DNA of 64,000 nt from Scyliorhinus canicula (lineage: Eukaryota). The notes under the pieces were generated by a model. It had not been told where the DNA came from. It searched no databases and saw nothing but the letters and a program-made list of their open reading frames with translations. Shown here in pieces: positions 1-13,347 of this stretch; positions within the stretch are counted from its first letter, which is position 1, and each line of letters begins with the position of its first letter. The stretch covers positions 128,133,875 through 128,197,874 of the forward strand of contig NC_052146.1 of assembly GCF_902713615.1 (NCBI RefSeq), read 5' to 3'. A program made the position numbers and the translations under genes.

Positions 1-871
1 CGACCATAGTGGGCCGGATCCCGAATAACGATGAGTCAGAATACAGGAGGGAGATAGAGAACCTAGTGGTGTGGTGCAGCGACAACAATCTATCCCGCAA
101 TGCCAGCAAAACTAATAAGAGCTGGTCATTGACTTCAGGAAGCAAAGTACTGTACACACCCCTGTCGGCATCAACAGGGCTGAGGTGGAGATGGTTAGCA
201 GTTTCAAATTCCTAGGCGTACACATCTCCAAAAATCTGTCCTGGTCCACACACGTCGACACTATCACCAAGAAAGCACAACAGCGCCTATACTTCCTCAG
301 GAACCTAAGGAAATTCGGCATGTCCACAGTAACTCTTACCAACTTTTACAGATGCACCAAAGACAGCATCCTATCTGGCTGCATCACAGCCTGGTATGGC
401 AACTGCTCAGTTCAGGACCGCAAGGAACTTCAGAGAGTCGTGAATACCGCCCAGTCCATCACACAAACCTGCCTCCCATCCATTGATTCCATCTACACCT
501 CCCGCTGCCGGGGGAAAGCGGGCAGCATAATCAAGGATCCCTCCCACCCGGCTTACTCACTTTTCCAACTTCTTCCATCGGGCAGGAGATTCAGAAGTCT
601 GAGAACACACATGAACAGACTTAAAAACAGCTTCTTCCCCACTGTTACCAGACTCCTAAGCGACCCACTTATGGACTGACCTCATTAACACTACACCCCT
701 GTATGCGTCATCCGATGCCAGTGTTATTACATTGTGTACCTTGAGTTGCCCTATTACGTATTTTCTTTTATTTCCTTTCCCTTTCATGTACTTAATAATC
801 TGTTGAGCTGCTCGCAGAAAAATACTTTTCCCTGTACCTCGGTACACGTGACAATCAACAAATCCAATCCA
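1..871 (+). mobile_element. Rex1/Babar-type LINE, 3' portion (RT C-terminus, DUF1891-like region, 3' UTR and tail)
   Basis: ORFs 9-215 and 185-679 (FKFLGVHISKNLSWSTH...[11 protein letters not shown]...RLKNSFFP) are typical of the fish Rex1/Babar RT tail. Ends in GTGACAATCAACAAATCCAATCCAA. Confidence 0.85.
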
Positions 872-1899
872 AGAATCTGTGCTTGTCTCCTTCCTGACTG
901 GGCAGATTATGTATCCTGGGGAGGACTGGGTTCCTTCTGACTTTTCCTTGAGATTGGAATATTTTTTTTAAGTCTTTTTCTTTAGAGCTAATAGAATAGG
1001 AGGATGCTGTGATCTCCTGCTGGTAGTCCTAGTTCTCCTTCATTTGTTTTCTTGGGAGGTGTTGATGGCACTGATCATAATCTGAATATATTGCTGCTGC
1101 TCCTCTCTGTATAAATATATGCAATGGTGTTGGCTCTGTGCTGGGCCTGAGATTGATATGATATATATGTCACACCCTCTTAGATCTAGGGTCCTCATGT
1201 ATTTACATTTTTGTTTCCTTATTTTTAAAGGGGTGGGGATAAAAATCTGTGATTGGCTCCTGTATGGGTGCAGATGGGGCTAATATCTGAAGAGAAGAGG
1301 AGGTGGTGTGTCATTGATGTCTCTGATACTTCTGGAGTTTAGGGAGTTGGTGTGTGCCAAAACATTGCACGAAAACCTTATCCTGGACTCTGGTAGAAAT
1401 TATGAGCAATTGCCGTGAGCACCATTTTACCATGGTTTCATGGCCTTACATCATGGCTTCACATCTGATTTCTGGTTGGGCTTAGAGAGGCAACAAGTTA
1501 TGCCTAATGATTGCATCAAGCTAGTTAGACTGCTGTTCTCATGGTCCCCCTCTGCATTCATGTATGCTGAGCCTTTTATTTGTTTGCTGTGCTGTATTAT
1601 TCTTATAGTTTTATTGCATTGTTCATTAAAATGTAAAACCTTGATGTATGCACTTTTAAACAAATGCAGTGATTTATATGGAAGTGACTCAATTGGTTGG
1701 GATTTTCCGCCCCCACCCACGATGGATCCTGTCCTGGCCAGGGCGGAAGATTCAGAGAGGCAGACAAACATCATTGACTTTGGGGGGGAATCTGTGGTCC
1801 AGCTGTGGGTGGGGCCCTACTACTGCCTGCGCACTCATCAAAGCAGGCACTGATACTGGTTCAACAGTGCAAGTGTTGGAAGAGCCAGTGCAATATAGT

Positions 1900-3470
1900 T
1901 GTACTGTCTGGCTTGTAGATTTGATACTGCAGAGTTACAGCTTACTATTGGACAGTCAGATCCCAGAGTGGAATCTGACTCGACAGATCCCAACTTTCTT
2001 CTGGTTCAAGGCATGGATGAACAGAGTCACATGACTACTGATAAACTTCTAACAAAAGAATAAAACTTTTGTTAAGTACATCACCAACATCAGACTTCTG
2101 TTCATAGACTGCTGCTCCCCCTTCAACACCATTATGCCGACAAGACTAATAACCAAACTCTGCAACCTTGGACTTGACCCCTCCCTGTGCAGCTGGATCC
2201 TTGACTTCCTCACCAACAGACCGCAATCTGTCAGGATAGGCAACAGCACCTCCTCCACAATAGTCCTCAACACTGGATCCACAGAAGGAAGTGTGCTCAA
2301 TCCTCTACTGTACTCCCTATGCACACACGACTGTGTGACAAGGTTTAACTCCAGTTTGATCTATAAGTTTGCAGATGATGCGACTATGGTGGGCCGTATC
2401 TCAAGCAATGACGAATCAGACTACAGAAGGGAGATAGATCACTTGGTTGCATGGTGTACCAAAAAGAACCTCTCTCTAAATGTCGGAAAGACCAAGGAAC
2501 TGATCATTGACTTCAGGAAGCACAGCATGACACACACCCTCATCTACACCAATGGCTCCAAAGTGGAGATGGTCGATAGCTTCCTGGGGGTCACCATCAC
2601 CAACAGTCTGTCCTGGCCCACTCATATTGATGCAACAATCAAGAAATCCCAACAACGTCTCTATTTCCTACGGGAGCTAAAGAAATTCAGCATGTCTGCA
2701 TCAACTTACAAACTTCTACAGATGTGTGATAGAGAGCATCCAATCCAGCTGAATCACAGCTTGGCATGACAACTGCTCGGTCCAAGATCGCAAGAAACTG
2801 CAGTGTGGTGAACTCAGCCCAATGCATCACACAAGCTTGCCATTCGCACATTGATTCTGTTTACACCTCCCGCTGCCTCAGGAAGGCAAACATTGTCAGA
2901 GATCCCTCACACCCAGGCTGTGACCTCTTCCAGTCCCTTCCATCAGGCAGAAAATACAGAAGTCTGAAGATCCGCACATCCAGACATAGGAACAGCTACT
3001 AGACTCCTCAACGACTCTCCCTCGAACTGATCTGTTCCCAGTAAGAACACTAGTCACGACACCCTATGCTGGTCTTGCTCATGCATTGCTTGTTTGGCCC
3101 TTGTTACGCACTGTAACCAATGACTATTTATCGATGTACCATTTATCAATGTACTCTGTCGATTATCCTTTTGTCTACTATGTACGTACTGTGTACATTC
3201 CCTTGAGCGCAGAAAAATACTTTTCACTGTACTTCAGTACATGCGACAATAAATAAATATCAATCAATCAATCAATATCAATCGCTAAACAAGAAAAGAT
3301 TGACTATAATACATTACTCCTTCACCCTGGCTATACCTTTACAGATATACACAGATTTATAAGGATAACACAAGTTAGAAACTTTATCTTATACTCTAAT
3401 GTTCTCGGTTAGTACACAGTCCATGTGAACTAATGATCGGAATGTGGTCAGACACACCACACTTTAGAGG
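1900..3470 (-). mobile_element. Possible degenerate solo-LTR fragment interrupted by the Rex1/Babar copy at 2080-3283
   Basis: Non-coding sequence on both sides of the LINE reads as one continuous LTR-like unit. Termini not resolved. Confidence 0.3.
2080..3283 (+). mobile_element. Rex1/Babar-type LINE, 5'-truncated
   Basis: ORF 2134-2769 carries RT motifs ([28 protein letters not shown]). 3' tail GCGACAATAAATAAATATCAATCAATCAATC. Confidence 0.88.
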
Positions 3471-6190
3471 CCAGGTGTGGAGGAACAAGGCAGGACATGG
3501 TGCAATCAATTGAAGAGCCCCCTTTCCTTCTTATCTCTATTTTTAAAAAGGGCCTTTGCACTTTGGACTGCTTGGTACTGTCCAGCGTTTTACGACAGTG
3601 GAGGTCGATTGAGGCCCTGAATTGGGCAGTTAAGGGCTGAGCCAGCCTAAGGGTGGGTGGCCTTGTGGACATCTTACCTAACCTCCATATTATCAGGAAA
3701 GGTAAGGGCTGAGGGAGGAGTTGGTAAGCCAATCACAATACGTATTTTACGTGCCCTGATACATCTCACCCTAAAAACATGGCCGGGGCCATAATGGCAC
3801 CGCCCCCTGATATCGGCATTAAAACAGATTCTCCGGCCAATCGGCGAATGCGATTTCAGCATCGGCAATCAGAGAATCCGATCATGATTCTTAAATTCAA
3901 GTACCCTAAAAAAAATCCAAAAAGAACCCAAAACGGATTTGCCCTAACCGAGAAGGTATCCTTAATCACAGTGAGGACTGAGTTCACCCTACCGACCTCA
4001 ACTCTTCACCCTGCTCTGGCTCCACAGATTTTCCTTATAAAGAAGGTAGGAGGTGATAAAACAAAACATTCCCTTTCAAAAAGTACAAAGACTTTCAGAC
4101 ATAATAACAAAAAGGAGTAAAACTGTGCACAGATTGTACTTCCTATAATCAACTCAATATGATTTTGTTAGAGCAGGATTATCTTCAACACCCACACACT
4201 TGCCTCACATTTCACATGCGCTTACAGGAGAAAGGACAACAATAAATAACCAACAACATATTCACAAGGGAGTAACGTCCTGGATTATAGAAGAATTGCA
4301 GGATAAATTGCAGGATAAAGACACCAGCCATATTGCATAAGAAGGTAAAGGAAAGCCAGGATCAGTGAGCACTTTTCAGGATTTCACAAAGATTCCAATG
4401 ATCGAAGCACGAGGCACCATAATTTCCACTATGCCGTCACTTTGACACCCAGGCGAACCACAGCCTAGACCTCGGTCAGGTGGGATGATTCGACCCACTC
4501 GGCAACCTCCAACCCCTCTTGCCAAGCATCGAGAATAGGACAATACAGGATCAGTGATCGGTGGACCCAAACGACACCTGGTCTCAAAGTTTGGATTTGT
4601 TCTGCTCCATCAAATCTGATGCACCCAGACTCCATATCAGGATTACCAAGACAGGGCAGCCAATATTCTAATTCTATTGCAAACTCATCCCTCACTAGGC
4701 ACCAAACACATGGACACACCTTGCCTGGCTGCTACCTCCCAAACCCGTCAGGGTAAACGACACACCATGCAGTAGGATCTCGACAACATAAAGGCAGGCC
4801 CTCAGCAGGGAAAGTGCTCTTTTGAGTAAAATAACTCTCTCATGCACCTTGATCGCTCTCGTAAAGCTACACCGCAATTCTTTAAAGTGAGCTCCAACGA
4901 TCTACACCAAAGAGCCGAGATCTTCAACAAAGACAACATTTGCGATGGCGGCGATCATCCGGATGCATACAGTACCACTGAAACGCAAGACCACTCACCA
5001 GCAACTATGCTACTGCAAGCTGGGCCCCATCCCAGTCCACTCGAACTGCCATGAACAAACAAGGATTTTTACTATTTATCTCGGTTCTCCTTCGCAAACA
5101 CCAATCAGGATCCTCCAGAGACATAGCCCAAGCCACGTAACCAAGAAAAAGCAAAAATTAAATGTGCATCAGGATAAAACGAAGGGTTAAAAGATGATTA
5201 GAGCCGGAGTTCGCGAAAATGCAACCACTCCCAGAATCGCATCACATGACCCCACCCCTACCCCGAGTTTTGGAAAGTTAAACAAACACATCGGCAACAT
5301 CCTCAGTTATATATTTTAATACTCTGGAGAGGAAAGCATCAAGGGTGGGCTTCTCTGGCCCCACAGCCTTGTCAATGGGGTTTCCCATTGTAGGTCACCC
5401 CACATGTCGGGAAACATCCGGGCATGGGTGTGCTGCAGGCGGGGTGGACAATCCCGCCGATGAAGAATCCCGCAGCTGATCTCTGAAATTTGTCTATCCC
5501 AAATCCCATTTTTTTTTTCTATTAACTTCCATTAACTCCACGTTTTAAAATGTTAGAGTCCTCAAATGTTAGAGATAGAAAATGCTTAGTTAGGTTGGTT
5601 ATCTGATTAGAATGTGATTTATTATAAGTCAATCTTGATGAACAGAGCCAATAACCCATGGATGATAACTTATGCATATTAAATGAAGCCCATGTAGTCT
5701 AATTTCCCTTTCACTGTAAAAATTCAACTATTATAAAGATATTCTGGTACCATAGCCTCAGATACAAATTTATATTTTTTTCAAACTACCTGTTTAATAA
5801 AATAAGTACTTCTTCCTTCTGTACTTCTCTAGAATTTACTTTTAGTAGATAGTTTCCAAAGGGAGGATTATGCTCTTGTGGAGGTAATCACAGTATTATT
5901 TTATTGGCAACACTTTAATTAAAAATGGTCTTTCATATAGTTCAACAGGGATACGATTGTTAATATTAGTCCTTTGGTAAATCAGAGCTGTCAAAGAACA
6001 GCAATATAATTAATAGAACATTTTTGATTTTATTAAACAGCAATGTTAAATAATAAGGTATAATAGTTCAAATATTCAGTAATTGCGATGTCGTTCTGCA
6101 ACTTTTCAATCTTTGTAAAATAGAATGCAGTAAATACAGATGGTTTTAAAGCATATTTAAGTAGTGACTTTTAAAAAGTTCCTAATAACA

Positions 6191-6359
6191 GGGGCTGTTT
6201 AGCACACTGGGCTAAATCGCTGGCTTTGAAAGCAGACCAAAGCAGGCCAGCAGCACGGTTCGATTCCTATAACTGCCGCGCCGGAATGTGGCGACTAGGG
6301 GCTTTTCACAGTAACTTCATTGAAGCCTACTCGTGACAATAAGCAATTTTCATTTCATT
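6191..6359 (+). mobile_element. tRNA-derived SINE (head type 2) with Rex-like 3' tail
   Basis: A-box-like TAGCACACTGG, B box GGTTCGATTCC, tail CTTTTCACAGTAACTTCATT...GTGACAATAAG followed by CATTT repeats. Confidence 0.8.
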
Positions 6360-6659
6360 GGTTAAAAGAGTCATAATGCAGCTGACAAATTGCACATAAC
6401 GCAGCCCCTATACTTCACAATCTGCAGTGACAGATGTTCTATTATTCAAAATGTTACCAAGAAAAATATTAGATGCTAATCTTCAATGTTAAGCACTATT
6501 TGGAAAATAATTTCTCTACCAATCACTATCTCATAACATTGCACATGGGCAGTCAGACCAATTGCAGCATACTGGTGAAGTGGGATTAAACACAAGAACA
6601 GGAAGAGGTCATTGAGCCCCTGAAGCCTGCTTCACCATTCAGTTAGATCACATATTATC

Positions 6660-7027
6660 TATAGAATCCCTACAGTGCAGAAAGAGGCCATTCGGCCCAT
6701 CAGGTCTGCGCCGACCCTCTGAAAGACACCCTACCTAGACCCACTCCCCCACCCTATCCCTGTAATCCTAATCGACACCTAATCCCTATAACCCCTATCT
6801 CCATCTAATCTGCTCTTCTTTGCACACTAAGGGGCAATTTTTAACGTGGCTAATCCACCTAACCTGCACATCTTTGGACTGTGGAATGAACCCGGAGAAC
6901 CCAGGGCAAACCTATGCTGACATGGGGAGAATGTGTTAACTCCACACAGTCAGTTGCCCCAGGCTGGAATTGAAACCGGGTCCCTTGCATGTAGAGGCAG
7001 CAGTGTTAACCATTCTGCCACCATGCC
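6660..7027 (-). mobile_element. HE1-like V-SINE with CR1-derived tail
   Basis: The reverse strand shows a tRNA head (GGCATGGTGGCAGAATGGTTAACACTG), the V-domain, and the tail GGGCCGAATGGCCTCTTTCTGCACTGTAGGGATTCTAT. Confidence 0.8.
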
Positions 7028-7315
7028 TCAAGCCCACCAAGATACCTTTGCTCAATTTCGATATTCTCTTTGCTCCATTTCAATATTCCCTTCAATTCTC
7101 TTTTCTCTGTGCGACCTGCTCCTTGCATTGTGCAGCCCCTTTAAGATTGTCACGAGGCCATGCATGCACACATCTTGCAAGGAACATTGCTTCTGCACAA
7201 CCTGTTTGATCCATGCATGATATATTTCATCCAGATTACTGCATGGCCACACAATTTAGAATTACCCGTACTTAATAATATCCTCGTCAATCTCAGTCTT
7301 GAAAGCTTCAATTGA

Positions 7316-7912
7316 AAGCTGCGGAAGCTAAAGAAATTCGGCATGTCAGCATCGACTCTCACAAACGTCTACAGATATGCCATAGAGAGCATCCTATGTG
7401 GCTGCATCACAGCTTGGTATAGTGACTGCTGGGTCCAAGATCGCAAGAAACTGCAGAGTGTGGTGAACTCAGCTCAACGCATCACACAAGCTTGCCACCT
7501 GCACATTGATTCTGTCTACACCTCCCACTGCCTCAGGAAGGCAAACAGCATAGACCCCTCACACCCAGACTTTTCCCTCTTTTAGACCTTTCCAGGCAGA
7601 AGATACAGAAGTCTGAAGACTCGCACATCCAGACGTAAGAACAGCTTTTGCCACACAGCTACAAGACTCCTCAACGACTCCCCCTCGGACTGATCTGTTC
7701 CCTGTAAGAAAACTATTCATGACGCCCTATGGTGCTCTTGTTTGGCCTTGTTCTGCACTGTAACCAATCACTATTTGTTGATGCACCACTGTCAATGTAC
7801 TCTGTTGATCATTTTTTTGTCTACTATGTACGTATTGAGTACGTTCCCTTGGCTGCAAAAAATACTTTTCACTGTACTTGGGTACATGTGACAATAAATA
7901 TCAATCAATTAA
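7316..7912 (+). mobile_element. Rex1/Babar-type LINE 3' fragment
   Basis: ORF 7343-7585 (IESILCGCITAWY...DRKKLQSVVNSAQRIT). Tail GTGACAATAAATATCAATCAATT. TCAATTGA flanks both ends. Confidence 0.85.
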
Positions 7913-7919
7913 TCAATTG

Positions 7920-8340
7920 AGCAGTATCCACAATCTTTTGTCTTGCAGACTTCTACTGTTATTCATGTGAAGAAGTTTCCTTAGTACACTGCTAAATGGC
8001 CTAGCTCTAATCTTAACATCATTGTTTTTGGTTCTGGATTCCTCCACGAGTGGAAACAGATTTTCTTTACCACCCTAATAAATCATTTTATGATGCTAAA
8101 GGCATCAATAAGATCACTTCTTAATCTTCCATGCTTAATGGGAAAACAGGTTAATTCAACTTGTTCTCAATTTAGATTCCAGTATAATTCTAATGCATCT
8201 AGCTGCACCCTTCACATGACTAACATACCCTTCTTGAGGTGCAGTGTCCAGAACTGAATGCATTACTCTAGATGGTGTCAACTGAAGCATGACGTCCTCG
8301 CCGCTGTATTTCAGTCCGATTGAGACGAAGGCCAACATTT
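7920..8340 (-). mobile_element. Old CR1-type LINE 3' fragment
   Basis: Reverse translation resembles the CR1 motif KKANEMLAF...VMLQL...(HLEYCVQFW)...GLKY. Heavily decayed. Confidence 0.55.
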
Positions 8341-8352
8341 CATTCGCTTTCT

Positions 8353-8576
8353 TTTTTTTAAAATTTAGATTACCCAATTATTTTTTCCAATTAAGGGGCA
8401 ATTTAGCGTGGCCAATCCACCTACTCTGCACATTTTTGGGTTGTGGGGGCAAAACCCACGCAGACACGGGTAGAATGTGCAAACTCCACATGGACAGTGA
8501 CCCAGAGCCGGGATCGAACCTGGGACCTCAGCGCCGTGAGGCGGTTGTGCTAACCACTAGGCCACCGTGCTGCCCT
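8353..8576 (-). mobile_element. Short V-SINE with A-rich tail
   Basis: tRNA head GGGCAGCACGGTGGCCTAGTGG...GGTTCGATCCC. Flanked by TSD TTCATTCGCTTTCTT. Confidence 0.9.
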
Positions 8577-8792
8577 TCATTCGCTTTCTTGATTACATTT
8601 TGATACATTCTGCTCTTTCTTACTGATGTGTATGTAGACACCCAAACTCTGCTCCTCAACAATTCCTACTTTATAGTCATTTAAAATAGACTGAGGGAGA
8701 AATCCATTGATGTAGATGGTAAATTCACTGGCAGGCACCACTACAGGCCTCTAAGCGAGCGGCATTCTTCAATGCTGCCAATGTAGGACAAG

Positions 8793-11236
8793 AAGTCTTA
8801 CAGGCCGATCTCGCTCCTTAATGTAGATGTCAAGTTGTTGGCAACGGTGCTGTCCAGGAGGATGGATGATGTGGTCCCGACGGTGATTCATGAGGATCAA
8901 ACGGGGTTTGTAAAGGGGAGACAACTGAATGCCAACGTGCGGAGGCTCCTTAATGTCATGATGATGGCGCCGGCGGCTGGGGAGTCAGAAATAGTGGGGT
9001 CCATGGATGCGGAGAAATCTTTTGATAGGGTGGAGTGGAGTTACCTGTGGGAGGTGTTGCGGAGGTTTGGGTTTGGTGAGGGGTTCATCAGCTGGGTGAG
9101 GTTGCTGTACAGCTCCCTGGTGGCGAGTGTGGTGACGAATGGGAGGAGGTCAGCGGACTTTTGGCTTTCCAGGGGGATGAGGCAGGGGTGTCCCTTGTCT
9201 CCCCTGCTCTTCGTGTTAGCGATTGAGCCCCTGGCCATGGCGCTGAGGGACTCGAAGAGTTGGAGGAGGATTGTGCGTGGAGGGAGGAGCACCAGCTGTC
9301 GCTGTACGCAGATGATCTGCTGTTGTATGTCGCGGACCCGGCTGAGGGGATGCCAGAGGTGCTGAGGATACTTGAGGAGTTTGGGGACTTTTCGGGTTAC
9401 AAGCTCAATGTGGGGAAAAGTGAGCTGTTTGTCCTGCACCCGGGGGATCAGGAGAGGGAGATAGGTGAACACCCGTTGAAGAGGGCTGAGAGGAGCTTTA
9501 GGTATCTTGGGGTCCAGGTGGCTAGGACCTGGTGGGCCATGCACAGGCTTAACTTTTCGAGGCTGGTGGGGCAGATGGAGGAAGAGTTTAGGAGGTGGGA
9601 CGCGCTACCGCTTTATTTGGCGGGCAGGGTCCAGTCAATTAAGATGACGGTGCTCCCGAGTTTTTTGTTTCTTTTCCAGTGCCTCCCCATATTGATCCCA
9701 AAGGCTTTTTTCAGAAGGGTGAATAAGTCGATTCTAGGGTTCGTGTGGGCGCGGAAGGCCCCCGAGAGTAAGGAGGGTATTTTTGGAGGGAAGAAGGGAG
9801 GTAGGAGGCCTGGCGCTGCCCAACCTGTGTGGATTTTATTGGGCGACGAACGTGGCGATAATTCGCAGGTGGGTGACGGAAGGGGAGGGTGACGCATGGA
9901 AGAGATTGGAGGTAGCGTCCTGTGCGGGTACGAGTCTGGAGGCTTTGGTGATGGCCCCACTTCCACTCCCCCCGGCAAAGTACTCTACGAGTCCGGTGAT
10001 GGTTGCGTCCCTTAAGATTTTGGGACAGTGGAGACGGCATAGGGGGGAAGTGAAGGCCTCAGTTTGGGCCCCGATACGGGCCAATCACCGTTTTGCGCCG
10101 GGGAGAACAGGTGGGGGATTTGGGAGTTGGCACAGGGCAGGCATCAGACAGTTTGGGGACCTCTTCCTGGATGGGAAGTTCGCGACTCTGGAGGAGCTGG
10201 TGGGGAAGTGGAACCTCCCCCCGGGAACGCTTTTAGATATATGCAGGTCAGAGCATTTGTTAAGAGGCAGGTGGCGGAGTTTCCATGGCTGCCGCCAAGG
10301 GGGGTGCAAGATAGGGTGTTTTCGGGGACGTGGGTCGGTGAAGGAAAGATCTCGGCTATTTACCAGCTGATGCAGGAGGAGGAAGAGGCCTCAGTAGAAA
10401 AGCTCAAAGCGAAGTGGGAGGAAGAGCTAGGGGAAGAGATTGAAGATGGGACGTGGTCGGACGCCCTGGAGAGGGTGAATTCCTCCTCCTCTTGCTCACG
10501 GCTCAGCCTAATTCAGCTGAAGGTGCTGCATAGGGCTCACATGACAGGGGCAAGGATGAGCCGGTTCTTCGGAGGGGAAGACAGGTGCGGGAGGTGTTCG
10601 GGAGGCCCAGCGAACAACACCGATATGTTCTGGGCTTGTCCGGCCTTGGAGGGGTTTTGGAAGGGGGTGGCGGGGACTTTGTCTGAAGTGGTCGGCTCTA
10701 GGGTCAAGCCGGGCTGGGGGCTCGCGATCTTTGGGGTAGCTTCGGAGCCGGGAGTGCAGGAGGCGAGAGAGGCCGGCATTCTGGCCTTTGCGTCTCTAGT
10801 AGCCCAGCGCAGGATTCTGTTACAGTGAGGGATACGTGGCCCCGAGCTCGGAGACCTGGATCAATGACATGGCTGGGTTCATCAAGTTGGATAGGATGAA
10901 GTTTGCCCTGAGGGGGTCGGTACAGGGGTTCTTTCGGCGGTGGCAGCCCTTTCTCGACTTCCTGGTGAAGGGGTAGAGAGTGGTCAGTCTCAGCAGCAAC
11001 TGGGGGGGGGGGGGGGGTGGGGGTTTGGGGATGGTTAGGGGGTTTGTTTTTGCGGCGGTGGGTTTGCTATGTTGTTATTTTCTTCTTTCTTGTTTTGCTG
11101 TTGGTTTTTTGTTATTATTTATTTCGGGGGGGTGAGTTCTTTTCTTGTGTTGGTGTGGAAACACGCCTTGTTTGTTTTAAATTGTGGGGAGAAAATTTGT
11201 TATTGAAAAACTTGAATAAAAATTATTTTGTTTTTA
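8793..11236 (+). mobile_element. L1/Tx1-clade LINE, 5'-truncated ORF2 plus 3' UTR
   Basis: RT motifs (IHEDQTGFVKGR, DAEKSFDRVEW, RQGCPLSPLLF, SLYADDLLL), C-terminal C..C...MFWAC, AATAAA. 13-bp TSD AATGTAGGACAAG at 8780-8792 and 11237-11249. Confidence 0.93.
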
Positions 11237-11672
11237 AATGTAGGACAAGGCGCAGAAGCCCTTGTTTCAGCATGCCTCGAGGGAATCAACACAAGTCTGC
11301 ATAGCGTCGCTTACACCAAACAAGCTTTTCCCCCACTCTGATTTGTCTTTCTTAAACTCAAAGTAGGCAATCCTTTAGGCTTTCACATCGAACTCCATTT
11401 GCCAAAGTTTTACCCATTCACTTGATCTGTGAATGTCCCTTCATAGCTTCCTTTTCTCAACTGTGCTACTTACTGCGTCAATCAACTTAATGTTAGCTGC
11501 ACACCTGGACACACAACTAACTCTCTATTCCTTCATCTAAGTCTTTGATTAAAAACAGTGAAAAGCCGGGACCCCAGTACAGAACCCTATCTGGGGAATA
11601 CCCTTTGTCATATCCCACCAAATAGATTAGGCTCCATTTTATCCTTACTCCCTGCCTTCAACCTTCCAAGCA

Positions 11673-11862
11673 TTTTTTTTACAGGAGCAATTTAGTGTCG
11701 CCAATCTACCTAACCTGCACATCTTTGGGTTGTGGGGGTGAAACCCATGGAGACACGGGGAGAATGTGCAAACTCCACATGGACAGTGACCCAGGGCCAG
11801 GATTTGAACCCAGGTCCTCAGCACCGTAGTCTCATTGCTAACCACTGCACCCCGTGCTGCCC
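11673..11862 (-). mobile_element. Short V-SINE
   Basis: Same family as 8353-8576. Confidence 0.85.
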
Positions 11863-13347
11863 TCGTCCAAGAAATTTTTAACCCATATTTCGCTCTGAAA
11901 TTTCTGCACTTTCATTTTTGTTAATAATCTCTTTTGCAGGAACAGGTAGGGCTAGAGCCCACCTGCATAATTCAATCCCCATTTTACTATGAGAGGCACT
12001 GGTCAATATGCATGCCTAATAACTTTGCAGGAATAGAAACTATTTAGCAGCATGATTGCTTGGATTCTGATGCCAGATTCTGAACAACACTAGTGCAAAT
12101 TAAAAAAGAAAGTTAAAAACCACTTTGCTCTAAGTTTATATTTTTTTGAATTTTTGTGCCAATCCAGTGCCAGCATCAAGGATTCCCAGATTGGATATCA
12201 CACCAGCAGATGTACTTCTGTCCCAATAATATACTTTGACTGAAACTCGCCCATTGCTCTAAAGTATGTGTGGGCACATCACCAATCCTTTTGGTCTCTC
12301 TAAGCGATAGCCAACTTATTGCACATTGCGCCAAAATATGACATGTGGCTCACACCCATAAGAAACTGTGTTGGACTGCACATCTCATTTTGTAGAAATG
12401 AGCTATCAGAAACAAGAGGTTTCAAACTAATCCCTCAGAAGTAAATATAAAGCAAACTCCCAGAGGCACTATCGCCATCCACTCTACCCCAATATTTCCC
12501 AGACATTGCCTTTAAAATAAATATTATTTTCTCTCTTTTTCCAACACTGCCCACCCCAGATTTTGGTCAGGACAACATACGGGCAACTGCAGCTATTGGT
12601 CAAGGTCACCTTGCAGATTGTCAGGAGGAGAGTGTTACAGATTGCAACTAAAAGGTGGAACGTTTTCCACCATTTCCCTCATTCCATTCCCTCAGCATCT
12701 TCAATTCACCCAATGTTGCTGGCCTGAGGAAAGGTAGACTGAAGGTATTCAAAAACAGAACACTTAATAGACACCATCTCAATGTGTCAGTAACAAAAAA
12801 AAATCATGCAGGGTTTGAAAGCCCTATTGTTTGTGTCTAAAGACATGCAAATATTTATGGGACACAAAGATTAAATGCACTTGTGAGGGGAAGAGTAAAG
12901 GAAAAGAGAAGCTGCAATTGCCTACATGAATGCAGATACATTTAAGCTGAATTACGTTGTAAACTATCTTTCCGATATTGTTGTTGAATAACAATCATAA
13001 AAATTGCAAAGTCATAAGTCCTGGGATAAAGTACCAAACATGAATAGATATAAGAATAAATTTAAGTCATATATTTTATGCTAACTACCAATATTTTCCC
13101 AGGTATATACTAAATCATGTGTCATTTAGAAAAAACACTCAGAATGCAACGGTTACTGAAGAGTTCAAATGTATTTGCTGTACAGGTAGATAGCCATTTG
13201 GAATTCATGTCCTGCTTTTATATAAAGATTATCGTACATATTCTGCGCTTTGCACCAATAAGAATTGCAGTTTGATCAATTCAATCTTCACAATATGCCA
13301 AAGCATGAGTGGTCCAAAACGTTAAAAATAATAAAGGTATACCATAC

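Noticed and set aside
185-679. ALKBH8-like gene (DUF1891 similarity)
   Set aside because: It is the C-terminal part of a Rex1/Babar RT, repeated three times in the window with LINE tails.
3880-5300. Short ORFs in a 1.4-kb unassigned segment
   Set aside because: No recognisable domains. It may be a reverse-oriented LTR-like repeat, but termini could not be established.
6191-6270. tRNA genes at SINE heads (also 23600, 25427, 38270)
   Set aside because: A and B boxes are present but there is no complete cloverleaf, and each continues into a SINE body and tail.
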